Virus record (IMG/VR): IMGVR_UViG_3300033513_000044
Span: 1-25,710 of that record
Strand: one strand, 5' to 3'
Length of the DNA stretch: 25,710 nt
DNA from: a virus
Taxonomy: Duplodnaviria; Caudoviricetes
In this document: positions 17,405-25,462 of the stretch, piece after piece
Position numbering within the stretch: the first letter of the stretch is position 1
Layout: every line of letters starts with the position of its first letter
Notes under the pieces: model-generated
What the model saw: the letters and a program-made list of their open reading frames with translations, nothing else
Database searches by the model: none
Told to the model about the DNA's origin: nothing
Made by a program: the position numbers and the translations under genes

Positions 17405-18262
17405 CTAGACTCCAAAGAAATCGTTCAGGCTCTCACTGGAACCGAACACATCGGACTCCAGGACCTGTTCGCGCGTCGGGGCCTCTTTGGTCTTCGTAGG
17501 TGTCACTGTCTTTTTGACAGGAACAGGGCCTTTGGCATCGCGGACTTGCTTGATCGCGCCGGCAAGTAACTTGCCTTGCGGTGTGCCGGAACGGATCGCC
17601 CGCTCCAGGCATCGCTGATAGAGCACTTCACCGGCCTTGTCGCCAGCTTGGCGGATGTCCAGCTTGTCACCTTCCGTGAGGAAGCTATTGCCGACAAGCA
17701 GTACCGACTCGAATCCCAGCCCGTCGCCCATCGTCTCATCCGTCATGGAGTGAAGCGCGATCGCGACAGAGCGACTTGCGGCATCGGATGCCTGCGTGGC
17801 CGCTTGCTGCTGCTGGTGACTTTGCTCCCACTGGTGTTGGTCCATTAGGACCTTCGCCGTGGGTACGGCGTCCCCGCCTTCATCGGCGATGAATTTCTCC
17901 ATCGGGCTCTTGTCGGCGGTTGTCTGCGTCGGCTTGGCCGTCGCGACCATCTGGCGGGCTTCAAGCTCCGCGAGACGCAACTGCACGTCACGCAGTTTGT
18001 GCTTGGTCTCCAGGTGGGTTGCCAGCGGCACAGTGTCCTTCGGTTTGTCCGGTCCTTTGGCCGGGGCCCCAGAGGTTTCACCGTGCGTCTGCTCGGTCCC
18101 TTGGGACTCTTTAGCCGAGTCGGTGACTTGCTCCTCGTCGGTCGTCTGCGCAGTCTGTCCGTCCGACGTTACGGATTCTGGCACAGTCTGCTCAGTCGTT
18201 TCCGTCGAGGGTGCTTCTTCGCCTAAGTCCACGTTGCTCAAAACCTGTTCCACGTCCAACAT
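17405..18262 (-). CDS. Capsid scaffolding protein
   Basis: AAGGAAG RBS before ATG 18262 (285 aa; the track's upstream extension is the structured leader). Acidic disordered N-terminus, TVPLATHLETKHKLRD coiled-coil motif, immediately upstream of the capsid gene. Confidence 0.75.
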   Translation of the reverse strand: MLDVEQVLSNVDLGEEAPSTETTEQTVPESVTSDGQTAQTTDEEQVTDSAKESQGTEQTHGETSGAPAKGPDKPKDTVPLATHLETKHKLRDVQLRLAELEARQMVATAKPTQTTADKSPMEKFIADEGGDAVPTAKVLMDQHQWEQSHQQQQAATQASDAASRSVAIALHSMTDETMGDGLGFESVLLVGNSFLTEGDKLDIRQAGDKAGEVLYQRCLERAIRSGTPQGKLLAGAIKQVRDAKGPVPVKKTVTPTKTKEAPTREQVLESDVFGSSESLNDFFGV

Positions 18263-18282
18263 GAGAAACTTCCTTGCAAGCA

Positions 18283-18371
18283 CCGGCCAAAGGATGCCGG
18301 GACACCGCAAAGCCGTGCGGCACGGGACACCTGCACACTGGCAGGCGACAGGACACGGCGAATCGTCGCCG
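18283..18371 (-). promoter_or_regulatory. Array of four short hairpins in the scaffold 5' leader
   Basis: Stems ccggc/gccgg (18283-18300), ccgca/tgcgg (18305-18320), cctgc/gcagg (18330-18345), cggcga/tcgccg (18356-18371); repeated motif c(g/a)ggacac at 18298, 18323 and 18349. Confidence 0.55.
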
Positions 18372-18386
18372 CCGCGAACCGGGCGC

Positions 18387-18431
18387 AAAAGAAAGGGCAT
18401 GTGTCGATGGTGTAGCACCTACACATGCCCT
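18387..18431 (-). terminator. Intrinsic terminator-like hairpin upstream of the scaffold leader
   Basis: 11-bp inverted repeat agggcatgtgt (18394-18404) / acacatgccct (18421-18431), followed on the minus strand by TTCTTTT. Confidence 0.65.
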
Positions 18432-18506
18432 GTGATCTTTTGCCTTACGTCACGTCCCCAAATGGCCGTTTGGTTCAGTGAGCCCGGTTATTCAATTGTC
18501 TTGCTG

Positions 18507-18899
18507 CTATGTCGTCTGAACGTCCGGCGAGACTTTACTTCGTTCCCGTAGGTCGCTCAGGCGGTGCATGGTTTCCGGCGGTCGGTTGCCCGGCTGCATC
18601 GCCAGCTTTTCCAACTCGACAAGCTCCGCTTGCTCCCAGGGGGTAAGCGGCCTTCGCATCTCTGCGTCATGGGCCGCCTTTTGGGCCGCCGTCAGCTTGG
18701 CCTCGTCGGCCTTGCGTGCCGCGTCAGCGTCGGCCGTCACCTGTGCGGCCCTGTCTGCGTCCCGCTGTCGCTGCGCCGCCAGGGTGTCCAACGTCTGTTG
18801 CTGAGATTCTTGCTCGTCTTTCACGTTGCGTATCTCAGGCTCCACGATGGTTGCCCCGGGCGCTTGTAGCTCAGGGGCTCTACGTACTTGCTTTGCCAT
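18507..18899 (-). CDS. Hypothetical helical/coiled-coil protein (130 aa)
   Basis: AAGGAG RBS before ATG 18899 (MAKQVRRAPE...); Ala/Gln/Glu-rich helix; in operon. Confidence 0.7.
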   Translation of the reverse strand: MAKQVRRAPELQAPGATIVEPEIRNVKDEQESQQQTLDTLAAQRQRDADRAAQVTADADAARKADEAKLTAAQKAAHDAEMRRPLTPWEQAELVELEKLAMQPGNRPPETMHRLSDLRERSKVSPDVQTT

Positions 18900-18901
18900 T
18901 G

Positions 18902-19099
18902 CTACTCCTTCATCCAACTAAGGTCACGCTCGGCCAGCTTGTCTTTCGCCCAGGGGACGTTGAAGTAGAGCCTCAACGAGCCCACGGTTCGCATGGTGCC
19001 TCGCGTCTTGATCTTGAATGCGTCCGTACAGCCGCCGTTGGCGGCCTCGACAAGCTGATCGCTGCTGTACGGACAGGATTTACGAACGATGATTTCCAC
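18902..19099 (-). CDS. Hypothetical protein (65 aa)
   Basis: GTG start 3 nt after the upstream stop; fills the gap exactly; stop lies within the next RBS region. Confidence 0.55.
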   Translation of the reverse strand: MEIIVRKSCPYSSDQLVEAANGGCTDAFKIKTRGTMRTVGSLRLYFNVPWAKDKLAERDLSWMKE

Positions 19100-19102
19100 T
19101 TG

Positions 19103-19834
19103 TCAGATGTCCAGATACGCGCGAAGGATCGTGCCGATAACCGGCCGAGGCACATTGAAGAACTTGGCCGTCGCGGCCACGGCTTCCTTGGGGCCGTACC
19201 TGCCCAGGTAGGCGTGATAGCGGTTGTAGACATCCGTCTTCGTGTAGTAGGTGCCGCCGTGGATAGCCGCCCCGTCCACAGTCACAGGAGCGGCTCTATC
19301 TCCATTCAAGGGGTTGTATGTCGGTGGCGCTGGCATCGGTTTGAAGTGATCTTCGAGCTTGGCGATACGTGATTGCATGTTCGCTTGTCGCGCGTCCATC
19401 AGCTTGACGCGATTCAGTACGTTGTGGCACAGACTATCCACAGCCGCCATTCGCTCTTCAAGGGCGCATCCGCCCTTGTGGGCTGTCGCCACGCGCTGCT
19501 GCAACTCGCCCAACACGCCGTGAACATCCTGTCGCAACTGGGCATCGTCACTGTCTCGGCGCTTTTCCCGTTCCATTACGGCATTCATCTGTTGTTGCGC
19601 ATCGCCCGCATCTTTGCCGCACCGGGTAGCCAAGGCCATGATCTGCTTTTCCAGAAACGCAATTCTGTCCTTTAGGCCCGACACGCTCACCGTCACCGCA
19701 TTGAGCCCGTCACGATGTGCGTCCGCTCTGGATTCCAAATGGTTCAGTCGGGGCAGGGTATCCTCTTTCGCTTCCCTGAGAGTGCCCACTTGTCCCTTCA
19801 ACTTCTCCAATTCCTGTAAACAAATGTCCAACAT
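19103..19834 (-). CDS. Coiled-coil protein with possible C-terminal HTH-like domain (243 aa)
   Basis: TAATG overlap with the upstream gene; heptad pattern over ~160 aa; C-terminal KEAVAATAKFFNVPRPVIGTIL. Confidence 0.7.
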   Translation of the reverse strand: MLDICLQELEKLKGQVGTLREAKEDTLPRLNHLESRADAHRDGLNAVTVSVSGLKDRIAFLEKQIMALATRCGKDAGDAQQQMNAVMEREKRRDSDDAQLRQDVHGVLGELQQRVATAHKGGCALEERMAAVDSLCHNVLNRVKLMDARQANMQSRIAKLEDHFKPMPAPPTYNPLNGDRAAPVTVDGAAIHGGTYYTKTDVYNRYHAYLGRYGPKEAVAATAKFFNVPRPVIGTILRAYLDI

Positions 19835-20010
19835 TACTTTTTCCCTTTCTTATGCTTATCCCGAATATGGGCATTGGCGATCCGAATCGCCTTACCCTCG
19901 TCCCCTGATTCGCTCAGGACGCCGTTGGCAATGGATGCCCATTCCTCGGCGTCGCCTTGATCGTTGACTTTCTTTGTGTGACGCTTGGCGTCGCTGGCTT
20001 CCCACGGCAT
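19834..20010 (-). CDS. Small ChaB/DUF2188-like protein (58 aa)
   Basis: AGGAG RBS before ATG 20010; MPWEASDAKRHTKK...EEWASIANGVL...GDEGKAIRIANA resembles this small helical family often found near phage head genes. Family call from memory. Confidence 0.6.
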   Translation of the reverse strand: MPWEASDAKRHTKKVNDQGDAEEWASIANGVLSESGDEGKAIRIANAHIRDKHKKGKK

Positions 20011-20014
20011 AGAG

Positions 20015-20107
20015 TCACTCCTGATATTTGAGCTTGGCGATAAGGTATCCGATGGACCCCGCCAACAGGCACACACCCACTTGCCAGAGACACAGCCACA
20101 ACATCAT
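20015..20107 (-). CDS. 30-aa single-pass membrane peptide
   Basis: ATGA overlap with the upstream stop; MMLWLCLWQVGVCLLAGSIGYLIAKLKYQE; stop abuts the next RBS, filling the gap exactly. Confidence 0.55.
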   Translation of the reverse strand: MMLWLCLWQVGVCLLAGSIGYLIAKLKYQE

Positions 20108-20433
20108 CGCCCCAGGATATCCCTGCCGTCGTACGCCTGGATCGCTTTGCCGATTCGCATGCGAGCATCCTCCAGGTGACGGTAGGCAAGGGTCAGATTC
20201 GCCATGACTTCGCTTTGGTCTTTGCAATCGGACATATCGAAGAAGCCGTTTCTGTCGGCGTCATTCCTGACTGACAGGATGTCATCCTTGATCCAGTGGC
20301 ACGCGTCGCGCAGCTTAAAGCATGCCGCGTGAAACTTCGTGCCCTGAGCCGGTTGGCCCTTGGGCGTCGGCCATTGTTTGATCTGCTCTGGGGTTGGGAA
20401 TGGGTCCTCTGTGGGCCGTACGTTCTCTGCCAT
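20104..20433 (-). CDS. 109-aa helical-hairpin protein, possibly Acb2/Tad1-like
   Basis: AAGGGA RBS; C-terminal ANLTLAYRHLEDARMRIGKAI resembles the A.T.LEEA.MW..KA helix of Acb2/Tad1-type sponges. The CDS is solid; the function is tentative. Confidence 0.6.
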   Translation of the reverse strand: MAENVRPTEDPFPTPEQIKQWPTPKGQPAQGTKFHAACFKLRDACHWIKDDILSVRNDADRNGFFDMSDCKDQSEVMANLTLAYRHLEDARMRIGKAIQAYDGRDILGR

Positions 20434-20581
20434 TGCTGTTATCCCTTTTCAGTAATTCACAAATCTCTTGTAACTTTTTGTCGCAACTTCCACACACTAC
20501 CCGCACGTCGCCTGTGACCGTCTTGCGATAGCGGGCCTGTGTGTGGGAGACCTTGCTGCCGCATTCACTACAGAGCCTCAC
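20315..20581 (-). CDS. Small zinc-finger protein (CxxC...CxxC)
   Basis: GTGA overlap with the portal stop; CSEC...CGSC; its 3' end overlaps the next gene by 119 nt. Confidence 0.6.
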   Translation of the reverse strand: MRLCSECGSKVSHTQARYRKTVTGDVRVVCGSCDKKLQEICELLKRDNSNGRERTAHRGPIPNPRADQTMADAQGPTGSGHEVSRGML

Positions 20582-22575
20582 TGGGCGTATCCCCTTTCCG
20601 CCAACACAGCTTCCTTGTCGGGCAGGTCGCTGTTTTCGATGATGTACCTGTCACTCAGTGGCGGCTGCTGATTCGCCAGCAGCATTTGGTTGGTCTCGGC
20701 GACGTTCACCAGATTTCGCATGCGCTGGGTCACGCTCTCCGTGCTCAAAGTCACGCGGCACTGATACCGTCCACGCCGGGCATTGTGCATCGCGTCGATC
20801 AAGGCGGTAATCGCCATCGGCTTGGCCTTGCTGTTAATGGCCGACATTGCTGCCTGATAGTTCGCCATATGACGCTCGAATTGGGCCTTGATCTTGGACG
20901 CCTGCACCGGCTCCAATTGACTGACCAGCAATGGGTCCAAAGGCTTGGGCGGCTGGGGCAGGACAAGCCCCATCGCCGTCGCCACGGCCTGCTGGCACTC
21001 CTTCATAAGCTGAGGGTCCAACAGGTCTTTCTCTTCGATAATCTCCCTGATCTCGGCATCGTTGTAGACCGGGTTGGCTCGAATCACGGCGGCTACCAAT
21101 TGCCCCCACAGCGTCAGGGAGTAATCGAAGTTCGACAGGACCGGGGAAATGCCCGTGATACCCTTTTGCTGCCGCAACTGCATCGCCAAGCCGCTCATGT
21201 TCTTGGGCTCATCCTGCGGAGCGTCTACGTGCATATTGACTACTTCGCGGATTTCCTCTTTGCCCACCTCTGCCAGCATTTCCATCGGCGGCAGGTTCGC
21301 AGGGTCAATACGATCCACCCCCCCACCGAATTTCGACCGGTCAATGACAATGCCATCTTCCCCGCCGTGATCTTCCAGCCAGCTTAAATCGCCCCGCGTG
21401 CCGCCGTTGACCATGTAGCCGCTGTTCGGCTGGTTCTTCATAATGTTCACGACCATCGAACGCATCCAATTGAACCACCTCTGCGGTCCAATCATCGCCT
21501 CGGTCACGCCAGCCTTGTAGCCATTGTTGAAGTTCGCATGGAACGGCACAACCGGATACAGGGTCAGTCCGGTTTGCAGTAGATTAAATTCGTCTACCCG
21601 ATGGTCCAACAGGACCTCAGTGCCCAGGCAAATAGAGTGATACATGATGGGCGTGACGGCCTTGCGTAGTTCGAAGGTGTCGGGTCGCATCGCGACGGCC
21701 TTGCGGGCCTTCTTGATGTCACTGGGATCGGACAGGATGATGCCGCCCAGTTCGTCGCCGCGAAGATCGTAGAAATACTGGACCTCGATATACTCCGTCC
21801 ACCAGCAGTGCAGGACCGGGACACGCAGCTTATCCAAACTGAACACGTCGCTTTCGCGCACCCAGTTCCATACATGACTGGCCGCCGCCGACAGGCCGGA
21901 CAGAAACCAGTGTATCATCCCGTTTGTACTGTGGGTCCCGCCGCCTGTCCCGAAATGCTCCATCGCTTCCGGCCACTGGGCCTCGACGTAGCTCCTGTCT
22001 TCCCACGGTTGCCAAATCACAAACCGTGCCCCCAGTCGTGGGGCATTGATATCGTACACCTTGCACGATGGATCGGTCAGAACTTCGAATTCGTTCAGTC
22101 GGGCAATCTCCAAATCCCCGCCCTTGGGGTCGCTGTCGCTATTCCTGAACAGGCCCAGATAGCTGCACCCAGTGGTAATGCCTTGCTCTGCCCACTGAAT
22201 CTGCTGGTGCCTGGCGTTCTGGTCCTGCATCGCATGCTCGATCAAGGCCGTCTGCAAATCCGCCAGGACCTTCAAGCCGCCCCGCATGTTATACATGGCA
22301 ATCTCGCGGGGATTCTGCACAATGTGGCCGAGCATCTGTTTGATTTGCGGCTGGATCATGGGGATGGTCAGACACAGCTTGCCCCGCTCCTCCATCTGCG
22401 CCACGAACGCGTCGTCCCACTGTATGCCAATGGCGAAGTCTTCCTGCTCCCGCATGCGCTGCATTAAGTCCGCGTTGCCGGTCTCTGCGATTTCGTGGAA
22501 CTCACGTACCCGCTCCAGGATCGCGAGTTTGTCTTCCTCACTGAGCTTGTCAAAGGGCTTATTGCCTATCGCCAT
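20578..22575 (-). CDS. Portal protein (P22 gp1-like)
   Basis: 665 aa directly after terL. Motifs EDFAIGIQWD...RGKLCLTIPMIQPQI, DPSCKVYD...ARFVI, YPVVPF...GVTEAMIGPQRWFN, SGLAMQLRQQ and GRYQCRV...TQR match P22-type portals. Confidence 0.92.
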   Translation of the reverse strand: MAIGNKPFDKLSEEDKLAILERVREFHEIAETGNADLMQRMREQEDFAIGIQWDDAFVAQMEERGKLCLTIPMIQPQIKQMLGHIVQNPREIAMYNMRGGLKVLADLQTALIEHAMQDQNARHQQIQWAEQGITTGCSYLGLFRNSDSDPKGGDLEIARLNEFEVLTDPSCKVYDINAPRLGARFVIWQPWEDRSYVEAQWPEAMEHFGTGGGTHSTNGMIHWFLSGLSAAASHVWNWVRESDVFSLDKLRVPVLHCWWTEYIEVQYFYDLRGDELGGIILSDPSDIKKARKAVAMRPDTFELRKAVTPIMYHSICLGTEVLLDHRVDEFNLLQTGLTLYPVVPFHANFNNGYKAGVTEAMIGPQRWFNWMRSMVVNIMKNQPNSGYMVNGGTRGDLSWLEDHGGEDGIVIDRSKFGGGVDRIDPANLPPMEMLAEVGKEEIREVVNMHVDAPQDEPKNMSGLAMQLRQQKGITGISPVLSNFDYSLTLWGQLVAAVIRANPVYNDAEIREIIEEKDLLDPQLMKECQQAVATAMGLVLPQPPKPLDPLLVSQLEPVQASKIKAQFERHMANYQAAMSAINSKAKPMAITALIDAMHNARRGRYQCRVTLSTESVTQRMRNLVNVAETNQMLLANQQPPLSDRYIIENSDLPDKEAVLAERGYAQ

Positions 22576-22578
22576 TTG

Positions 22579-24006
22579 TCACATCCGAATCTTGCTCTTG
22601 CGTTCACTGGTTGTCTTGTGCCGGTCACGAGCAGCAACGGTTTCCACGACCGGCAGGTGGAACACACCCTGCGTGTACGCGTCGCCGAAATCCGGGCTTC
22701 GCCCTTCGTGATCGGCCTTGATTTCTTCTTTCGGCTGGACCAATACCCGCTCGCCACGAAACTTGTACTTGGGCCACGTCAGCTCCCTGCCGACTTGCCG
22801 CCACGCATCCCACAGCTCCGTATCCGCGCGGTCCGGCTCAGGCATGGAGACCATCGCCCCCACCGTCTTGTCCCATACACCCTCACAGAGCCATCGGGCC
22901 ACTGTAGACCACACCTCGGCACGCAGGTTCCAGCATTGGGTTTCGTCGCTGGCCTTGCCCGCCGGATTGTAGCGAATCACGTGCGCGCCCATTTCACTGA
23001 GTCTGTCCGATGTGCCGCCGCCGATACCCACGTCCTCGACCACGATGGGACAGTTGCCCCACCGCACGCTCATAGCGAACGCCTCGACGGCAATCGCCTT
23101 CGTGTCACAGTACGGCAGTACCACGACATCCACGATCTGCCAATTCTCCAAGCCCAGAATCACGCAACGGTCGTCACCGAACCGGGCCGGGTCCACGGTG
23201 ATAAGCCGCTTGATGTAGGGCTGGTGGACAAGCCGCATACTGGCGGCTGTAATCCATTCCTGCAAAATGATCTGATCGACGCCGGATAGTCCTTCCCAAA
23301 TCCCATCGCGATAGGCCCTGAGCAAATCGGGCCGGTAGCTGAACGCCGCCTCGAGGGTCTTGACATAGTCGTTGGGCAGGTAGGGATTGTCCTTGTACAG
23401 GGCTTGAATGAACCGATACCCTTTCTCGCGAAAGTCGATGAATCGGTCCTTGAACCAACAGGCCGCCGGGTTGGCCGTCCACAGGCCCTTGTAATCCAAC
23501 GCTTGACCGGCAATGGTCAACCGTCGCGACCCCATTAGAACGCTGACGTCGTCCAGCTCCGTCTCCTCGGTCTGATCGACGCCGACGAACATGTACTCGG
23601 CGGAATTGAATTTATTGATGTCTTCGCGATTGTCCAAGCCGCCGTAGTCAACGGCGATCCGGCCGTCGATCAAGATGTGACGCGGATGTTTCTCTGTCGC
23701 GCCTTTAAGTTCGTAGCAGTAGTGGGGAATCGTTCGCTGCCACGTCTGTAGCGTGGTCTGCACAAAGTCTGTGGCACGCTTGCGACCCAGCCAGCCCAGG
23801 TGGATCGGGGTCTTCGTTCGCGGCAGTTTGAATCGTGACGCCACTTCCCAGGACAGTAGGAATGCGACGGCACACAGCCAAAAGCTCTTGCCGCCGCCCT
23901 TGGCCCCGCCGTAGCCCACTTCCCGCACGTTGGGGTCTTTGACGGCAAGCCAAGCCTCGCTCTGTCGCTGGGTGAAGGTGACGTTAAGACTCGGCAGAAT
24001 CGGCAT
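22579..24006 (-). CDS. terL: Terminase large subunit
   Basis: 475 aa. Q motif (TQRQ), Walker A GGAKGGGKS, Walker B-like FVGVDQTEE, coupling motif TANP, DNPYLP, and RNase H-like nuclease motifs VDPARFGDD and SPDFGDA. Confidence 0.95.
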   Translation of the reverse strand: MPILPSLNVTFTQRQSEAWLAVKDPNVREVGYGGAKGGGKSFWLCAVAFLLSWEVASRFKLPRTKTPIHLGWLGRKRATDFVQTTLQTWQRTIPHYCYELKGATEKHPRHILIDGRIAVDYGGLDNREDINKFNSAEYMFVGVDQTEETELDDVSVLMGSRRLTIAGQALDYKGLWTANPAACWFKDRFIDFREKGYRFIQALYKDNPYLPNDYVKTLEAAFSYRPDLLRAYRDGIWEGLSGVDQIILQEWITAASMRLVHQPYIKRLITVDPARFGDDRCVILGLENWQIVDVVVLPYCDTKAIAVEAFAMSVRWGNCPIVVEDVGIGGGTSDRLSEMGAHVIRYNPAGKASDETQCWNLRAEVWSTVARWLCEGVWDKTVGAMVSMPEPDRADTELWDAWRQVGRELTWPKYKFRGERVLVQPKEEIKADHEGRSPDFGDAYTQGVFHLPVVETVAARDRHKTTSERKSKIRM

Positions 24007-24379
24007 GTTGGACCACTGTCACATTGACCACCGGCGCGGCAATGATGATGTCTCCCCCTTGTCCTTCCGGCACGTCGCGCCATCCCAGGTTCTTCAAGGC
24101 AAAGATCGCCCCGGCACACTGAGATTTGGCCAGTTGCTTTTCATAGACATCCTCCATGCGGAGCCTCGCCCTTTTTACAGCGCCCATATACTCAGGACCA
24201 TAGGTTTCGCAGTTGTACAGGCTTTGGCGGCTGTTGAAGCCCAGGTACAGGCATAGCTCTGAGATTCTTGGGCTGTCCGTTTGGAGAAAGTAGGCGTCAA
24301 TGGCAAGCTCCATTTCCTCTGCTGTCTCGAATCGCCGGGGACGGCCTACGGGTCTTGGTTTCTCAGTTTTCTTTGCCAT
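23984..24379 (-). CDS. terS: Terminase small subunit (P22 gp3-like DNA-packaging protein)
   Basis: GRPRRFETAEEM...IDAYF, LCLYLGFNSRQSLYN and AGAIFALKNLGWRD motifs; overlaps the terL start by 23 nt. Confidence 0.9.
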   Translation of the reverse strand: MAKKTEKPRPVGRPRRFETAEEMELAIDAYFLQTDSPRISELCLYLGFNSRQSLYNCETYGPEYMGAVKRARLRMEDVYEKQLAKSQCAGAIFALKNLGWRDVPEGQGGDIIIAAPVVNVTVVQHADSAES

Positions 24380-24424
24380 GCCTTTGCTATCGGCTCGTCA
24401 TGGGTAGGGCACTTTACGTTCCAT

Positions 24425-24784
24425 TCACAGTCGAGGCATCCTGGAGAATACATCCACAGGCTTGTCGTGGGTACGTCCTGGCTTCTTGTGTGGGCTGTGC
24501 TCGATCAAGGTGAATAGGTATCGGTTCACTCGAATCAGGCGTTCCATCTGTGCCGTGACGATCCGGCATTGATCGGCAAGGCGTTGTTCCCTGTCACTGG
24601 GATCTGCCCGTGTGGCCATGTAGTGCTCGTAGGCTTCCAGTTCGCCTCGCTGCTCACCGGCCATGCGGACTGCCTCAATGGCATCGGACAAGACGGAGTC
24701 CGGCACGCAGACGATTCCCGCCAGTGCCTCTTTGAACAGCCGCTTGATTTGTCTGTCACTGTGTTTCATCTGCTGTTGTGCCAT
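24425..24784 (-). CDS. Hypothetical protein (~119 aa)
   Basis: C-terminal part of track ORF 24425..25063; start uncertain (ATG 24784 or 24769); helical, fills the gap between the nuclease gene and terS. Confidence 0.55.
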   Translation of the reverse strand: MAQQQMKHSDRQIKRLFKEALAGIVCVPDSVLSDAIEAVRMAGEQRGELEAYEHYMATRADPSDREQRLADQCRIVTAQMERLIRVNRYLFTLIEHSPHKKPGRTHDKPVDVFSRMPRL

Positions 24785-25115
24785 CCTCGTATGGAGGTAG
24801 GATGCTGCAATTCTTAGCAAAGCTCGCCAACAGGTGAATATCCTCTGGGCGGCACACAAGGAGCCATCCGGCGTGGTTCTTCCACTGTAGGGCCAACAAA
24901 GGTGTCTTGCCCTCTGCCTGCGCCTTGGCCTGCGTCTCCGCGAAGAGCTTATGAATCGGGGACTCCGCACGCAGCTTGCATTCGATGAATAGCGCCGGGT
25001 GTAGACTGTCAGAGCCGGTGATCTTATTGTTGCGGCCAGACAGTGGCGCTCGGGTACTGCCAAAAAACCTCGCCACTCGCTGCTCGAATTTCTTCCACGT
25101 CGATCTATCCGTCAT
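24756..25115 (-). CDS. PD-(D/E)XK nuclease, Holliday-junction-resolvase (Hjc)-like
   Basis: GGAGG RBS and ATGA overlap at 25115; WKKFEQRVA...R.PLSG...SD...FIECKLR...GKTPLLAL...WLLV pattern. Confidence 0.8.
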   Translation of the reverse strand: MTDRSTWKKFEQRVARFFGSTRAPLSGRNNKITGSDSLHPALFIECKLRAESPIHKLFAETQAKAQAEGKTPLLALQWKNHAGWLLVCRPEDIHLLASFAKNCSILPPYEDGTTADETQ

Positions 25116-25447
25116 GGCGCTACCCTCCATACCTGCCGCTGCCGCCCACTGCTGCCAGCGCGCTTTTCGTCGGTCTTGACAATCCATCCTCTTCGATCCA
25201 AAGGCGCAAACCGGGGGGAAATTGATTGCAGCGAAATGCCCAGGGCATCGGCCACTTCTTCCGATGTGCCAGTCCCCATCGCCTGCAACTGCTTCAAAAC
25301 CAGCGTTTCCAGTTGGCTTGCGGGACGGCCTCGCATGGAGCTTGCCGCCTCTCGGCTTGTTTGCGGGTCCGATGTTCTTGCGCGGGCTACGCCAGTGCCC
25401 TCTGTTTTCTCCCGTCCCCTATCGAATAGGGTCGGTTCATTGTTCAT
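25112..25447 (-). CDS. Winged helix-turn-helix DNA-binding protein
   Basis: AAGGAG RBS; ARTSDPQTSREAA leader, then TSEEVADALGISLQSISPRFAPLDRRGWI...RQRQVWR. Confidence 0.8.
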   Translation of the reverse strand: MNNEPTLFDRGREKTEGTGVARARTSDPQTSREAASSMRGRPASQLETLVLKQLQAMGTGTSEEVADALGISLQSISPRFAPLDRRGWIVKTDEKRAGSSGRQRQVWRVAP

Positions 25448-25462
25448 GGTGATCGTACTCCT

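Noticed and set aside
18283-18371. Short regularly spaced repeats as a mini-CRISPR array
   Set aside because: The repeat is only ~8 nt with a ~25-nt period, far below CRISPR dimensions, and no cas genes are present.
18263-18418. N-terminal extensions given by the ORF track for scaffold (18418), 210-aa gene (15326), nuclease (25187) and ORF 24425..25063
   Set aside because: They run through hairpins or overlap neighbouring genes; internal ATGs with better RBS or ATGA coupling give more plausible starts.
23984-24424. pac site or late promoter in or near terS
   Set aside because: Expected by analogy with P22, but I could not identify a supporting sequence motif.
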